DNA of 64,000 bases from Calditrichaceae bacterium (GCA_050173015.1 JBFXLE010000015.1:1-64000), one strand, 5' to 3'; positions 20,341 through 32,693 are shown, counted from the stretch's first letter. Notes: a model not told the origin generated them from the letters alone. A program made the numbers and translations.

Positions 20341-20452
20341 CACTCCTTTGCCAATTCGGGATGATTCATTCATCCGTCGGGCTGGGTATCCGGTTACCCG
20401 GGTACCCGTCGCGTCCCTGACTTCCCGATAGGATCTTCAGGGTTCGGAGTTT
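20341..20452 (-). ncRNA. Moco (molybdenum cofactor) RNA motif / riboswitch candidate
   Basis: Minus strand reads CTCCGA-A-CCCTGA..TCCTA..GGGA..TCAGGG, GGGTA-C-CCGG-GTAA-CCGG-A-TACCC, then TCCCGAATTGGCAAAGGAG; resembles the Moco motif and lies directly upstream of moaA. Confidence 0.8.
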
Positions 20453-20727
20453 TGTTCTCAGAATTAACAGTAACAATTTTTAATCCTAAAACAAATTTAG
20501 TATGTTTGATCCCCTTTTGCAATTCCATAATTTCATATCTACACACTGACACCTGTTTCAATGCGCGATGCGGTGCATCAATTTTACATAAATTTTATAA
20601 TCTCATTATTACACTTCAGTAAATAAGGAAATAATACCTGTTTATAAGTAATAAGGCGAGGCGGGACAGGCAGCGGCTTTTATTACCGGGTTTTTTCTAA
20701 AGGTCATTGTTACTGACAAAGAGAATA

Positions 20728-21264
20728 TTATATCAGGGCGGACGCGTTTTTTAATCCGGTCAGCACCGTTAACAGGCGTTCAAAAAGTTCATCACTTAAA
20801 ACGAAAGGAATATTTTCAGTGATGTGACCGGCGGATTCCGTTTCTTTTCTTGATAAAGTAAGAACTGCTTCATTGAGATCCAGAAGGATTTCAAAATAAC
20901 TCCGGCTTTGATCATGGATATACGGCGGATAGCTGCGGATTTGGACACGTTTATTTCTGCGGTCATTTTCTATGAGTTTAAAACTTTCCGAGAGAAAGGA
21001 TATCTTCTCACAAAGCAAATTGCTCACACGTTCCAATTGTTCATCACTTAAACCCAGATCCTTTAAAAAAGCGTCTTCGACTTTGATCCGTAGAAATTTA
21101 CCGCTCAGGGAGTCAGTGCTTAAAAAATCCACTTCAACTTTTTTTCCGTCAATCGTATCCCCAAATCGGTACCCTGATCGGGCGTTCTCTGAAACACGCA
21201 ATTCATCATACCGGTTTTTATCTATATTTTTAAAGGAGTTTAAATAGTTTTTAACGTTTGCCAT
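20728..21264 (-). CDS. Hypothetical protein co-oriented with spoVR
   Basis: 178-aa ORF with GAGG RBS, 18 nt after the spoVR stop. Confidence 0.75.
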   Translation of the reverse strand: MANVKNYLNSFKNIDKNRYDELRVSENARSGYRFGDTIDGKKVEVDFLSTDSLSGKFLRIKVEDAFLKDLGLSDEQLERVSNLLCEKISFLSESFKLIENDRRNKRVQIRSYPPYIHDQSRSYFEILLDLNEAVLTLSRKETESAGHITENIPFVLSDELFERLLTVLTGLKNASALI

Positions 21265-21282
21265 GAATTATACCTCACAAAA

Positions 21283-22758
21283 TTAAATACGCTCTGTTTT
21301 ATGCTCTTTGCCGTCAAATAACAGCAAATACTCATTATCGTCTTCGGATTTGCTTCTGATCAAAACCGGACGTTTCCAAATGTACTGAATATTCTCCAGT
21401 GTGCGCTGAGCATAATCCACATCAAGCCCAATGGAATCGGTTACATGATTTAACAACAGTTCCGTTCTGTTATTATAATTCGCGTCATCAACTTCAATAA
21501 TCGGCTGACCGGCATTGGTAAGAGAAAACAGAAGCATTTCCTTTATTTTTTTGAAATTCCTCGAACTTATTTCCTGACGCTTGGTACGCTCATTGTATTC
21601 ATAGGTAAACAGTTTGTGATCATTGCAAAACTCTTCGGTTAGAAAAGTATCAATAAAATTTACGTCATTATACATTTTTCTGATTTCAAAGATTTTTTGC
21701 CTTCCGAGTCCGAGTTTTTTATCCCACATTTTTTTTTCAACATAATCATCACATTCATCATACTCTTTTCCGAATTTGCCTTTATCCCATCGTTCTTCAA
21801 TATCACGAAATATTTCAAGACCGATTTTGTAAGGATTAAGTTGTCCGGGTGTCATTTGCACTGTTCCCGAATGGTGCTCCGCGTAATCTATTATTTCAGA
21901 ATCATTCAATACCCGTGTTGTCATAATTTTGGAATGCCAGTAAGAAGCCCAACCTTCATTCATTATTTTTGTCTGCCCCTGCGGCCCAAAATAATATGCT
22001 TCTTCTCTTATCATATCCAGTACATCGCGCTGCCATTCTTCCAGCGGTGCAAATTGTATCAGGAACGCCAGAACATCCCTTTCCGAATGTTCAGGAAATT
22101 TTTTTGATTTCTTCATATCGGTTTCGATATCAAGCATCTGCTCCTCAATAAATTCAGGAGGATTAATGTACTGTTCCATATACTTCTTGCTTTTCAACCT
22201 CCTGACTTTCTTACCCGTATAAAGATCATCTGTCAAAATATCACTTTTGCGCTTTATAAAAGGCGCCTGATAATCGATTAAATTTTCAAGAGACAAACAG
22301 CGGTCAATAAAATTTTCCACATCATCCTGGCCGTAAATATCTATATATTTTCTGATACGCATGGCATGATTGGCCATCTCATCCATCATCTTACGATTGG
22401 TCTTTGAAAAGTAATAATTATTTTTGAAGAAATCGCAATGGGCGTACACATGCGCCATTACAAGTTTTTGGTCAACAAGACTGTTACTGCTCATCAGATA
22501 AGCGTAACACGGATCATTATTAATCACCATTTCATAGATTTTCTGAAGCCCGTACTGATACCCTTTGCTCAAATGTTCATACTCCATCCCAAACCGCCAG
22601 TGAGGATATCGCGTCGGGAAACCACCCTTAGCGGCAATTTCGCTGATCTCATCATATTGAAGCAGTTCAAAAACAACCTGATAAAAATCGAGATTATACT
22701 CTCTGGCATAGCCTTCGATTTCCATTTTAGATTTTGCCAATTCACCGTATAGTATCAT
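21283..22758 (-). CDS. spoVR: SpoVR/YcgB family protein
   Basis: [43 protein letters not shown]. Confidence 0.95.
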   Translation of the reverse strand: MILYGELAKSKMEIEGYAREYNLDFYQVVFELLQYDEISEIAAKGGFPTRYPHWRFGMEYEHLSKGYQYGLQKIYEMVINNDPCYAYLMSSNSLVDQKLVMAHVYAHCDFFKNNYYFSKTNRKMMDEMANHAMRIRKYIDIYGQDDVENFIDRCLSLENLIDYQAPFIKRKSDILTDDLYTGKKVRRLKSKKYMEQYINPPEFIEEQMLDIETDMKKSKKFPEHSERDVLAFLIQFAPLEEWQRDVLDMIREEAYYFGPQGQTKIMNEGWASYWHSKIMTTRVLNDSEIIDYAEHHSGTVQMTPGQLNPYKIGLEIFRDIEERWDKGKFGKEYDECDDYVEKKMWDKKLGLGRQKIFEIRKMYNDVNFIDTFLTEEFCNDHKLFTYEYNERTKRQEISSRNFKKIKEMLLFSLTNAGQPIIEVDDANYNNRTELLLNHVTDSIGLDVDYAQRTLENIQYIWKRPVLIRSKSEDDNEYLLLFDGKEHKTERI

Positions 22759-23858
22759 TTTCCTTTTCCCAGGAACATTTTTATCGAATCAAAAACGCCT
22801 TCTTTGTCAGGAATCGTTGACAGAAGCATTTGATCATTTTCCTCAAACCGTTCATCAAGATCTTTGATAAATTGTCCGCTCCCGTAAACACTCTCGACTT
22901 GACCGTAACAGAACACATTCGCGAATGGCAGAATACGATCTTCCAGGATCTCAAAACAAATTTCATTATCATCTTTGGACCAATTATCTCCGTCGGAAAA
23001 ATGAAAAGGATAAATATTCCATTCCTCACCGGGATAGTCATTTTCAATTATTTTCGCGCACATGTCATAAGCGGTTGAAATGACTGTCCCACCGCTTTCT
23101 TTGGTCGTAAAGAAGGTTTCCCTGTCAACTTCTCCGGCGGCGGCATCATGGATGATGTAACGTGTCTGCAATCCCGGATAATTGGATCTCAGCCAGGTAT
23201 CGATCCAGAAAGTTTCAATCCTCACAATCTCCTTTTGTTCTTCTCCCATCGAACCCGATACATCCATCATATAAATAATCGCCGCGTTGCTTTCAGGCTT
23301 ATATTCCGTTTTCCAGGAACGGTAACGCAAATCTTCTTTAATCGGGATAATAATCGGATTCATTGTATCATACTCTTGGGCGGATATCTGTCGTTTAAGC
23401 GCTTCTTTATATGTGCGTTTGAAATGGCGTAATGTTTCCGGACCGGTTCTTCGCAATCCGCTGTATCTGTTTTTAATTGAAGTTAATTCTTTTTTCCCTT
23501 TGGGTTCTATTCTAGGGAGTTCCAGTTCTTCGCCCATGATCTCAGCGAGTTCATCAATGGTAAGTTCAACTTCTCGTAAATGCTCACCGGGCATATTACC
23601 GGCGCGGTTTTGGCCTTCACCCTCTCCCGCGTCAACCGGATCACCTTCTTTACCATCTCCGGCACCCACTCCGCCTTTTGACGGATCACCATAGCGAAAT
23701 CGAGGTAAATCAATTTGCGGAATGGGAATACTTACAAGATCTTTACCTTTTTTCCCGATCATTTCGCCGTGTGTGATATATTTACGGAGATTACTCTTAA
23801 TTTTTCCTTTTATTATCTTTCTGAAACGGCTATGGTCTTCTTCAATCTGTAGTACCAT
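22755..23858 (-). CDS. YeaH/YhbH (DUF444) vWA-like protein
   Basis: [25 protein letters not shown] overlap with spoVR. Confidence 0.93.
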   Translation of the reverse strand: MVLQIEEDHSRFRKIIKGKIKSNLRKYITHGEMIGKKGKDLVSIPIPQIDLPRFRYGDPSKGGVGAGDGKEGDPVDAGEGEGQNRAGNMPGEHLREVELTIDELAEIMGEELELPRIEPKGKKELTSIKNRYSGLRRTGPETLRHFKRTYKEALKRQISAQEYDTMNPIIIPIKEDLRYRSWKTEYKPESNAAIIYMMDVSGSMGEEQKEIVRIETFWIDTWLRSNYPGLQTRYIIHDAAAGEVDRETFFTTKESGGTVISTAYDMCAKIIENDYPGEEWNIYPFHFSDGDNWSKDDNEICFEILEDRILPFANVFCYGQVESVYGSGQFIKDLDERFEENDQMLLSTIPDKEGVFDSIKMFLGKGK

Positions 23859-23947
23859 GTCATCCTATTTCTTTGTTAAATAAACATTAACATCAGCCGT
23901 ATAACAGCAAAATCAGCACAGATATTTTCGGTCTCACGCGCCTTTTG

Positions 23948-26008
23948 TCATGCTTGAGTTTTCATATCACCGCGCGCGAAAATACTTGCCACGTAATTAA
24001 GCACATCGGTAGCGCTTTCTTCCGTGTAACCATAATTTTTTATCAGACGCGATTTGACAACATCTATTTTTTTCTGGGTTTCCTTATCAACAACATTCGA
24101 TACCAGTGTCGTGAGTTTTATGGTATCCTTTTGATCCTCGAACAACTTCATTTCGAGCGCGCGATGCAGTCTCTCATTCGCTCTGTAGTCAAAGGATTTT
24201 CCATCTATGGCAAGCGCCCCGATATAATTCATGATTTCACGCCGAAAATCATCTTTCCGGGATTCGGGAATTTCAATTTTATCCTCAATTGAGCGCATTA
24301 ATCTTTCATCCGGTTCCTCATCTTCTCCGGTGTATTTATTCTTCACCTTTTCTTTTTGAGTATATGCTTTAACGCTATCGATGTAATTGGAACATAACTT
24401 TGAAATAGATTCTTCATCCGCGCTGATGGCTCTCTGTACTTCATTTTTAACAATCTCCGTATATTCCTGTTTCACAATTCCCAGAATTTCACGGTATCTT
24501 TTTTTCTGCTCTTCACTGGTAATAAGGCTGTGATTCTTAAGACCGCTTTCGAGCTCATTCATCACCATAAACGGATTGATATATGTTTCTTCAACATCAT
24601 TTACCAGCGCGTTACTTATCTTATCCTGAATATACCTTGGAGATATCCCTTCCATTCCTTCACGGATAACTTCCTTTCTGAGCTCTCTGACATTATCCTC
24701 CGTAAATCCGGGTAATGTTCGTCCGTCATATAATTTCATCTTTTGCAGAAGGGTTAAATTGTGCTTTTTTGGTTCCTCCATGCGTGTAAGCACCGCCCAC
24801 ATGGCAGCCATTTCAATGGTATGCGGAGCAATATGCTTTCCGCGGATTTTATCCTTATTAAAATCTTTTTCGTAAATTTTAATTTCTTCAGTCAATCGGG
24901 TGATGTACGGAATGTCTATTTTCACAGTACGATCACGAAGCGCTTCCATAAATTCATTATTCTGTAGTTTTTTATACTCCGGTTCGTTTGTATGTCCGAT
25001 GATCACCTCATCAATATCCGTCTGTGGAAATTTTTTCGGTTTAATTTTATGTTCCTGGGAGGCGCCTAAAAGGTCATACAGAAACGCCACATCCAGTTTC
25101 AGCACTTCAATAAATTCAATGATACCCCGGTTAGAAATATTAAATTCACCATCAAAATTGAAAGCTCTCGGGTCGGAATCTGATCCGTACTCCGCGATTT
25201 TTCTGTAATTGATATCGCCGGTCAGTTCTGTTGAATCCTGATTCTTTTCATCCTTCGGCTGAAAAGTACCGATCCCGATCCGATCCTTTTCAGAAAGATT
25301 CAACCTTCTTACCCTGATATGCTTAATGACATCTGTCCAGTCTCCCTGATACCTTTGATGCAGCTCACGGTAGATCTGACGGCAAGCCGGACACAGATCT
25401 CCTTCCAACACCAGTTGCTTCTCCGCCGATAATTTTTTATTGATCTCACCCACGAACTCCCTTCTCAACTCTATCGGAAGCAGGTGCAATGGATCTTCAT
25501 GCATCGGACATGGCATTTCATCACTATGTCTGTTTTGCTGGTCATTCAGTGAAATCCAGGAGAAGCTATAGAGCGCGCCATCCGCTGTTTTTGAATAATG
25601 CTCAATACCCCGTTTCAGAAGACGTACTATTGTGCTTTTAGCGCTTCCAACCGGTCCATGCAGCAGCAGGACTCTTTTTTCGGTTCCGTATCGATGCGCG
25701 GCAGACTTAAAAACATTCACCAACTTCATCAAAGGTATGTCAAGTCCGTATACAGCATCTTTTCCATCATTCATCGGATCGTCAAAAAAATTGTAGTGCA
25801 CAATTTTCTTTTTACTATCCACATATTCTGTCGATCCGAATGACAAAATCATATCATATATACGCTGGTATGAGCTGCGGGAGACTGCCGGATTTTTTAC
25901 AACAATATCCAGATATTCTTCAAATGAGCCGGTCCAGTTCAGATTTTGAAATTCTTCCACATTGAACTTTTTCTGGAATTCCGCCAGAATTTTTTGACTG
26001 ACACTCAT
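23948..26008 (-). CDS. prkA: PrkA/YeaG family AAA+ serine protein kinase
   Basis: Walker [34 protein letters not shown]. Confidence 0.95.
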   Translation of the reverse strand: MSVSQKILAEFQKKFNVEEFQNLNWTGSFEEYLDIVVKNPAVSRSSYQRIYDMILSFGSTEYVDSKKKIVHYNFFDDPMNDGKDAVYGLDIPLMKLVNVFKSAAHRYGTEKRVLLLHGPVGSAKSTIVRLLKRGIEHYSKTADGALYSFSWISLNDQQNRHSDEMPCPMHEDPLHLLPIELRREFVGEINKKLSAEKQLVLEGDLCPACRQIYRELHQRYQGDWTDVIKHIRVRRLNLSEKDRIGIGTFQPKDEKNQDSTELTGDINYRKIAEYGSDSDPRAFNFDGEFNISNRGIIEFIEVLKLDVAFLYDLLGASQEHKIKPKKFPQTDIDEVIIGHTNEPEYKKLQNNEFMEALRDRTVKIDIPYITRLTEEIKIYEKDFNKDKIRGKHIAPHTIEMAAMWAVLTRMEEPKKHNLTLLQKMKLYDGRTLPGFTEDNVRELRKEVIREGMEGISPRYIQDKISNALVNDVEETYINPFMVMNELESGLKNHSLITSEEQKKRYREILGIVKQEYTEIVKNEVQRAISADEESISKLCSNYIDSVKAYTQKEKVKNKYTGEDEEPDERLMRSIEDKIEIPESRKDDFRREIMNYIGALAIDGKSFDYRANERLHRALEMKLFEDQKDTIKLTTLVSNVVDKETQKKIDVVKSRLIKNYGYTEESATDVLNYVASIFARGDMKTQA

Positions 26009-26383
26009 AATTTTCTCCCCGCTTTATTTTAAAAGGATGAGAATTAGTTTTTGCCTATTAATTACTATGGAAGTAAACTTGGTAATTCTTTAAAGAGTTC
26101 CTTATATATTTTCATAATTATTTATATTAATAACTCTAAATCGCGCGGATTATATCTGCTTGTTTAATTTTATACATTTTCATCAAAGCGGTTCAGTGTC
26201 ATGAGATGTGATATAACTTCCAATAAAATGAATTTTTCAGACATAGAACATTTTAATGGTTGTTAACGAAGTTTGCCGGCTTTTAATTCTTATAATATTA
26301 ATTATTAATTAGGAAGGAAATGAAATTACAGATTTTCGCGAAAGATAAAGGCTTGCCAGTTTCAGACGGTCAGTAATTAGATA

Positions 26384-27142
26384 TCATCCGGCGATTCTCG
26401 TTGCCAGCGACCTTATGGTTTGCGGCGCGTGCCCCTGATAGCGGTTGTTCGAATAGACATAGACTTCCAGTTCTTTTTCCCGGAATTGTTCGATCCAGTC
26501 TGCCCACCAATCAAGATCTTTGTCACGATTGACGCGAACATGTGAAAAATCATCGGGTATCTGTTTCCGGTTACCCAGTAAACGCACATAGGTAAAATCG
26601 GCGGTTAGTTCAATCACTCTCGGCAGATAATAAAGATCATTCAGCACCAAAGCCGCGTTGTGATTTTTCAATAAATCATAAAATTCTTTTTGATGCCAGC
26701 TTTTGTTGCGGATTTCAATACAAATCCGGAAATCGTCATTGATGCCGCTGAGAAAATTTTTAAGATTTGAAAAGTGTTCGTCAAACGAAAATTTATAATC
26801 AAACTGAAGTACTACCGGACCCAGCTTATGCTTAAGTATTTTCATGGTCGAAAGAAATTGCTCCCATATGCTTTCGCAATGAAGCAGTCTTTTTTCATGA
26901 GTTATTTCCTGAGGCGCTTTAGGTGCAAAGATAAAATTGTCATCAGTAATCGAAAACCATTTTTCCACGGTGGAAGTTCTTGGGATTCCATAAAAAGTTG
27001 AATCAACTTCCACCGTATCAAATACTTTCGAATAAATTTCCAGATACCCGCTTTGCTTCGTCCCTTCGGGATAAAACGGTCCAACCCAGTCTTTATATGA
27101 CCAACCCGATGTACCTATATGAATTTTTTTATGATGAGACAT
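26384..27142 (-). CDS. DUF72 domain protein
   Basis: IGTSGWSY, VEVDSTFY, KAPQEITH, EIRNKSW, YVRLLG. Confidence 0.92.
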   Translation of the reverse strand: MSHHKKIHIGTSGWSYKDWVGPFYPEGTKQSGYLEIYSKVFDTVEVDSTFYGIPRTSTVEKWFSITDDNFIFAPKAPQEITHEKRLLHCESIWEQFLSTMKILKHKLGPVVLQFDYKFSFDEHFSNLKNFLSGINDDFRICIEIRNKSWHQKEFYDLLKNHNAALVLNDLYYLPRVIELTADFTYVRLLGNRKQIPDDFSHVRVNRDKDLDWWADWIEQFREKELEVYVYSNNRYQGHAPQTIRSLATRIAG

Positions 27143-27199
27143 CCGCGAGATTCCAAAATCATAAATTTTATTATCACCGAACGGAAATTTTGACTCCTA

Positions 27200-28531
27200 T
27201 TAACTCATAATCCCCGGAGCTTCCAGGGCTCCTCCTTCCCTACGGTCCGCTCTTTTTAGCATAAACGCAAAGAACAATCCAAAAACTCCCAGACCGGCAA
27301 ACATGAGCATGCTTGCCGTATAGGTGTGAGTCGTGTCTCTCAACCAGCCGTTTAAATAAGGGAACAGCGCCAGTCCGATATTTTGGATAAACGTAATGAT
27401 TCCAAACGCGGTGCCCACATGCTCCTTTTTAACAATCAACGGAACCGACGGCCACATCGCTGCCGGTACCAGCACAAATGCCGCGCCCAGCATGATCATG
27501 GCATAGGCCGGATAGATACTCGTAAAACCCATCATAAGATAAGAAGGGATCATTATAACGGATCCGAAAATCATCAGGCTCGCGCGTTTACCAAACTTGT
27601 CAACCAGGTGACCGGCAAACGGCGCCAGTACCATAGAGGCAAAGATAATTATCGATGAAACACCACCGGCTGTGGTAAACATATGAAAGAGATTATTAAA
27701 GACCTGATAGAAAAATCCGCCGCTGGTTTCGGCGACGCGCGAAATACCCCATTTATCCACAAAGAAATCGGTTGATAGCGCGGTGAACGGAAAAATGGCC
27801 GAATAGAACAGCACACATAACATTGAAATATGCCAGAAAGATGGCTTAAACTTTTTAATATCCTTGAAAACTATTTTTTCTTCTGAACTTTCATCTTTTA
27901 GCTGAAGCAAGCGCTCGCCTCTCCGATCCATCACGATGTAAACGAGGTTTGCCAAAAGTGACAGCAAACAGAAGACCATGGCAGCAATTAAAGCCGCCCT
28001 AAATCCACCATAATGGCTGGCGATGAGTTCGCCCGTGTTAAAGCTAAACAGGGTTCCCATTCTGCTTACCGTAAGAGCAATCCCGAAAGACAGGGCGAGT
28101 TCCTTTCCTTTAAACCACCTCGCGAGAATCGCGCTTTGGGCGACAACCAGAGGCTCTGAACCCGCTCCAAAAATGAATCTGCCGACAAATAGCAAAGTCA
28201 GATTATCCGCAAACGCCACAAGCGCCGCCCCAATAAACACCAGAATTGAAAAAATTAAACTTGCTTTTCGTGTCCCGAGATAATCGATGAGCAGCCCGCC
28301 TAAGAGCACTGAGAGAATCGCCGCGATACTGTACATTGTGTAAAAGGCGCCAACAGTCCCCCGTGACGCGCCAAGTTCTTCGACTAAAGTCGGCGCAATC
28401 GCCCCAATTATATCATACGCGAAGTAGCTGCCGAAAGTCAGCAGGGAAACAAATAATAGAATTGTGAACCGGTAGAGTTTTGTCGATGGATGAAATACGG
28501 ATGAATTCGCTGTTTCGGAAGCCTGGTTCAT
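27200..28531 (-). CDS. MFS transporter
   Basis: About 12 hydrophobic segments; motif A-like GLLIDYLGTR and GHLVDKFGKR; GRFIFG. Confidence 0.92.
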   Translation of the reverse strand: MNQASETANSSVFHPSTKLYRFTILLFVSLLTFGSYFAYDIIGAIAPTLVEELGASRGTVGAFYTMYSIAAILSVLLGGLLIDYLGTRKASLIFSILVFIGAALVAFADNLTLLFVGRFIFGAGSEPLVVAQSAILARWFKGKELALSFGIALTVSRMGTLFSFNTGELIASHYGGFRAALIAAMVFCLLSLLANLVYIVMDRRGERLLQLKDESSEEKIVFKDIKKFKPSFWHISMLCVLFYSAIFPFTALSTDFFVDKWGISRVAETSGGFFYQVFNNLFHMFTTAGGVSSIIIFASMVLAPFAGHLVDKFGKRASLMIFGSVIMIPSYLMMGFTSIYPAYAMIMLGAAFVLVPAAMWPSVPLIVKKEHVGTAFGIITFIQNIGLALFPYLNGWLRDTTHTYTASMLMFAGLGVFGLFFAFMLKRADRREGGALEAPGIMS

Positions 28532-28785
28532 ATTAAGTTCCTTTCGGGATTGATGTCCTTCATAAATATAATATATATTTTAAAATATTAGCACTTAAAA
28601 TTTTATTCACTCCATTCCATTCACACTTGAGATCGCCTGTCCGGCGTGGAAAAAATTTGTGAAATCGAGCAGCCTGTTGGATTTCGCGGGCCAAAAATTA
28701 AACTTCCGCAAGCCGTCCTCAGCGGAAAAAACTGGTTTTGCGTTTTCAGTTGCATGCAGTGTCTGTTTTTTAATAATGCATCGTA

Positions 28786-29268
28786 TCACTTTTCCGCCGG
28801 GCTCGAATTATCACCAGCGAATGTCCACAAATCATTTATTACAAAATTCAGCAGCATGCCAGCGGCAATTCCAATCAGATTTGAGATTAAATAATAGATA
28901 TCAAATATTTCAGTGAGTACTACCAGCAAAACTCCGTTCGCCAGCACGGCCGCGATGCCCACGGAAAGATGATATCGGACTATTCGACTATAGTTACCAC
29001 TTTTTTTTCGGTCTGCCCAGGTCCACGCTTCATTCAGGGTGAAATTCGCCAATATTGAAAGCTCAATCGCGATGATACTAGAAACCATATAATAGATTTT
29101 GAAATATTCAGTAAGCGCGTAGAGCACAAACATATTGACCAGCACACCGCTTGAACCCACAATCGAAAATTTTAACAAATGCGGTCTCAAAAACAGGTTT
29201 CTCAGATATGTAATTATGGAAGAGAGCATGTGATTCCCGTGTTCGTTAAGTTTAAACGGATAAATCAT
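28786..29268 (-). CDS. GtrA family membrane protein
   Basis: KFSIVGSSG, NFTLNEAWTW, NFVINDLWTF; start may be slightly downstream. Confidence 0.88.
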   Translation of the reverse strand: MIYPFKLNEHGNHMLSSIITYLRNLFLRPHLLKFSIVGSSGVLVNMFVLYALTEYFKIYYMVSSIIAIELSILANFTLNEAWTWADRKKSGNYSRIVRYHLSVGIAAVLANGVLLVVLTEIFDIYYLISNLIGIAAGMLLNFVINDLWTFAGDNSSPAEK

Positions 29269-29358
29269 TTGCGCGGTGCGGATTTATTATACAAGTTAAC
29301 CCGTTTATGAATCAACAAAAAAATTCCTTTTTTCATCTTCACGTTTTAAATTGCTTTT

Positions 29359-30843
29359 ATGAAAATACCCATAGCTGATCTGTCAAAAAGAATTCCGTTA
29401 TCCGATAGGACCGTTATTGTTCTTCTTGGTATTACGGCTTTGTTTACCAGGTTTTACCACATTGGAAAGGACAGCCTTTGGCTTGACGAAGCAGCGAGTC
29501 TGGCATTTGCCACGGAGCCTTTTCAGGAGATGCTTTCATCAGCTTTTAATGATCCCGCACTACCACTTTTTCCGTTCACCCTTTTTTTCTGGTTAAAAAT
29601 ATTTGGATCCGGTATCGTTGCCGCGAGAAGCATTTCCGCCTTATTCAGCCTGCTGAGCATCATTCTTGTTTTTCGATTAATCAATTCATTATTTGATAAA
29701 AACACCGCCTATATTACAGTTATCCTGTTTATTCTCGCTCCCTTTCAGGTCTATTACGCCCAGGAATTACGGGTTTACAGCATGCTGCAATTTCTTGGTT
29801 TGGTTTCGGTTTATTCTTTTTTAAAACTGCTTGGTGAGTTTAAAATCAGGATCGTGGTGATCTATATTTTTACAGCGGCGCTGATTCTTTATGCCCATGT
29901 TTACGGATGGTTTTTACTCTTATTCCAGTGGTCCTGGGCTTTTTATATCTGGCGCAAGGGCTGTATTTCACAAAAGCGGTTCCTGCATGTCGTATATTCC
30001 GGAAGCGCGGCGGTCCTTTTTTTTCTGCCATATAGTTTTTATTATTTCAGGATGATTCTGAGCGCCAGAAATGATTTTTGGATCAAAATTCCAAATCTCA
30101 TTCATCTCGCGGGTGTCTTTGAACAATATGCCGGATATCTTCCACTGTTCGTCATTTTGATTCCTTTTGCTCTTGTATCCTCCTTTCTGTTTATCAAAAA
30201 AAAACTTGAACAGGATCAGCAGCGTCACATTGTATTATTACTTTTTTGGGTGGCATTCCCGGTTCTCTTGCCTTTCATTCTTTCCCATATGGTATCTCCA
30301 ATGTTTCAGGTGAGATATACTATTTTTGCCGCTGTTCCCTTTTACGCGTTGATTGCTTTCGGGATAAATAAAATATCCAATCACCAGCTGTTTAGGTTGT
30401 CTCTGCTCATATTGATTATAATTGCTGTCGTTGGCCTGTATAAGCATTATTCATCCATCACCCGCGAACCGTGGGATCAGGTAGTCATGGATTTGAGATC
30501 AAACGCCATCCCGGACGAACCCATTCTTGTCGGCGCTGATTTTTGCTATAATTACCTTTTCCTTTATTACGGAAAAGATCTGGCGGATCAATCCGCAGGA
30601 TTATCTGATGCCGATGTTAAATACAGTGAAAAACTGGAAAAAGTGATTTCAAAAATCCAAAAGGATTCCGAGGGTATCTGGTTTGTTTCATCTCACTTTG
30701 ATTCCCTTGAAGAAACGGTTCTAAACAATCTGAAACCCTTGTATAAACAGCGCGAGAAATTTACATATTATTACCGCGATTTATATGATCGGGATGTTCC
30801 CGGCATCCATGTATATCATCTGACTTCCATAATTAACAAGTAA
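29359..30843 (+). CDS. GT-C glycosyltransferase (family 39/83-like)
   Basis: SLWLDEAAS; YAQELRVYS; multiple TM helices; divergent from gtrA. Confidence 0.85.
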   Translation: MKIPIADLSKRIPLSDRTVIVLLGITALFTRFYHIGKDSLWLDEAASLAFATEPFQEMLSSAFNDPALPLFPFTLFFWLKIFGSGIVAARSISALFSLLSIILVFRLINSLFDKNTAYITVILFILAPFQVYYAQELRVYSMLQFLGLVSVYSFLKLLGEFKIRIVVIYIFTAALILYAHVYGWFLLLFQWSWAFYIWRKGCISQKRFLHVVYSGSAAVLFFLPYSFYYFRMILSARNDFWIKIPNLIHLAGVFEQYAGYLPLFVILIPFALVSSFLFIKKKLEQDQQRHIVLLLFWVAFPVLLPFILSHMVSPMFQVRYTIFAAVPFYALIAFGINKISNHQLFRLSLLILIIIAVVGLYKHYSSITREPWDQVVMDLRSNAIPDEPILVGADFCYNYLFLYYGKDLADQSAGLSDADVKYSEKLEKVISKIQKDSEGIWFVSSHFDSLEETVLNNLKPLYKQREKFTYYYRDLYDRDVPGIHVYHLTSIINK

Positions 30844-30929
30844 CTCACATTCCGGTTTAATTTCTTGCAAAACCGCTCTTAAAATCTTAAGTTTTATGTT
30901 TAATATTTTTAACAAAATAAGGATTACAA

Positions 30930-31760
30930 ATGGAAGAAATTCGAATTGCACATAGCCCGGATTCTGATGACGCTTTTATGTTTTACGCGCTCGCGAACGA
31001 TGTTTTTGATACCGGTGACCTGAAGTTCACACATATTTTAAGCGATATAGAGACTCTTAACCAAAAAGCCATGAATGGCGTTTATGAAGTTTCCGCGATT
31101 TCAATTCATGCCTACCCGTATGTCGCGGATAAATATATCCTCATGCCGACAGGATCGAGCATGGGAGATAAATACGGACCTATGGTTGTTTCCAAAAAGA
31201 ATCTCAATGCCCGCGACCTCCAGAATGTAAAAATTGCTGTGCCCGGAACACTTACTACAGCTTTACTGGCTCTCCGGTTATATAATCCGCTCATCGATTA
31301 TGATATAGTCCCATTTGATCAGATTATACCCAAAGTACTTTCCGGTGAATATGAAGCCGGGTTGATTATTCATGAAGGACAGCTCACTTATGCCGACCAG
31401 GGTTTGAACAAAATAGTGGATATGGGTGAATGGTGGTACAAAGAAACAGGCCTTCCCCTGCCCCTAGGGGGAAATGTAATACGCCGTGATCTGGGTTCTG
31501 TGCTCATGCGTGAAGTTTCCGATTATATTAAGCGCAGTATTCAATATTCACTTGATAACAGGAAAGACGCGCTGAAATACGCGCTGAAATTTGCCGGTGA
31601 CATGGACCCCAAACTGGCTGACAAGTTTGTGGGAATGTATGTAAATCACTGGACACTTGACTATGGCGAGAAAGGCCGGAAAGCGATTAAAACCATCCTG
31701 AAACGAGGTTTTGAAGCCGGTATTATTGATCAGGAAACGGATGTTGAATTTCTTGACTAG
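30930..31760 (+). CDS. mqnD: 1,4-dihydroxy-6-naphthoate synthase (futalosine menaquinone pathway)
   Basis: AHSPDSDDAFMF, IIHEGQLTY, LPLPLGG, MYVN. Confidence 0.9.
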   Translation: MEEIRIAHSPDSDDAFMFYALANDVFDTGDLKFTHILSDIETLNQKAMNGVYEVSAISIHAYPYVADKYILMPTGSSMGDKYGPMVVSKKNLNARDLQNVKIAVPGTLTTALLALRLYNPLIDYDIVPFDQIIPKVLSGEYEAGLIIHEGQLTYADQGLNKIVDMGEWWYKETGLPLPLGGNVIRRDLGSVLMREVSDYIKRSIQYSLDNRKDALKYALKFAGDMDPKLADKFVGMYVNHWTLDYGEKGRKAIKTILKRGFEAGIIDQETDVEFLD

Positions 31761-31825
31761 TACTTTTTAAAGTGTACAACCGATGCAAATTTTATCATAT
31801 TAAATAAAGAAAGAACAGATTTATC

Positions 31826-32659
31826 ATGGGACGCGATTTAAAAGAGCTAAAACTTACCGCTAATACCATCCGTCAGGAAGTGGTAAAAATGATTTTCGAG
31901 GCCCAGTCCGGACATCCCGGCGGGTCACTTTCAGCTGTTGAAATTCTGACCGCCTTGTACTTTGAAATTATGAATTATAATGTTGAAAATCCTAATTGGA
32001 GCGGCAGGGACCGTTTTATTCTCAGCAAGGGACACGCGGCGCCCGTATTGTACGCCACACTGGCGGAAGCGGGTTTTATCGACAAGGGTCATCTTAAAAC
32101 ATTGCGCAAACTCGGAAGCCCTCTTCAGGGTCATCCCGATAAACGCGTGTTGCCGATTCTTGAAACTTCTACCGGATCTCTGGGACAGGGAATATCCACA
32201 GGAATTGGATTAAGCCTTTCCGCCAGACTTGACGGCGCTGATTATCATACTTATGTGGTGATTGGCGATGGTGAAAGCAATGAAGGACAGATATGGGAAG
32301 CCGCCATGTACGCCGGCCATCATCATCTTGACAACTTAACGGTTATTCTTGACTTAAACGGATTTCAGCTGGATGACGCCAACTCGGTTATTCTCGATTT
32401 AAATCCCATAAAAGACAAATGGACCGCTTGTAACTGGCACGTGATTGATATTGACGGTCATGATATGGCTGCCATGGTTGACGCCCTGAAGGAGGCCAAA
32501 ACAACAAAAGGCAAGCCAACCGTGGTTATTGCCCGCACCGTAAAAGGAAAAGGTGTTTCATTTATGGAGAATAACAATAAATTTCATGGTGTGGCGCCCA
32601 CGGCCGATGAGCTAAAAACAGCTTTAAAGGAACTTGCGTCCGCAAGAGGACTAATCTGA
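31826..32659 (+). CDS. Transketolase, N-terminal subunit
   Basis: SGHPGGSLS, DRFILSKGH, TGSLGQG, GDGE TPP motif. Confidence 0.95.
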   Translation: MGRDLKELKLTANTIRQEVVKMIFEAQSGHPGGSLSAVEILTALYFEIMNYNVENPNWSGRDRFILSKGHAAPVLYATLAEAGFIDKGHLKTLRKLGSPLQGHPDKRVLPILETSTGSLGQGISTGIGLSLSARLDGADYHTYVVIGDGESNEGQIWEAAMYAGHHHLDNLTVILDLNGFQLDDANSVILDLNPIKDKWTACNWHVIDIDGHDMAAMVDALKEAKTTKGKPTVVIARTVKGKGVSFMENNNKFHGVAPTADELKTALKELASARGLI

Positions 32660-32693
32660 GTATTTTAACTTTTTGAAAGAACAGGTGTTATAA

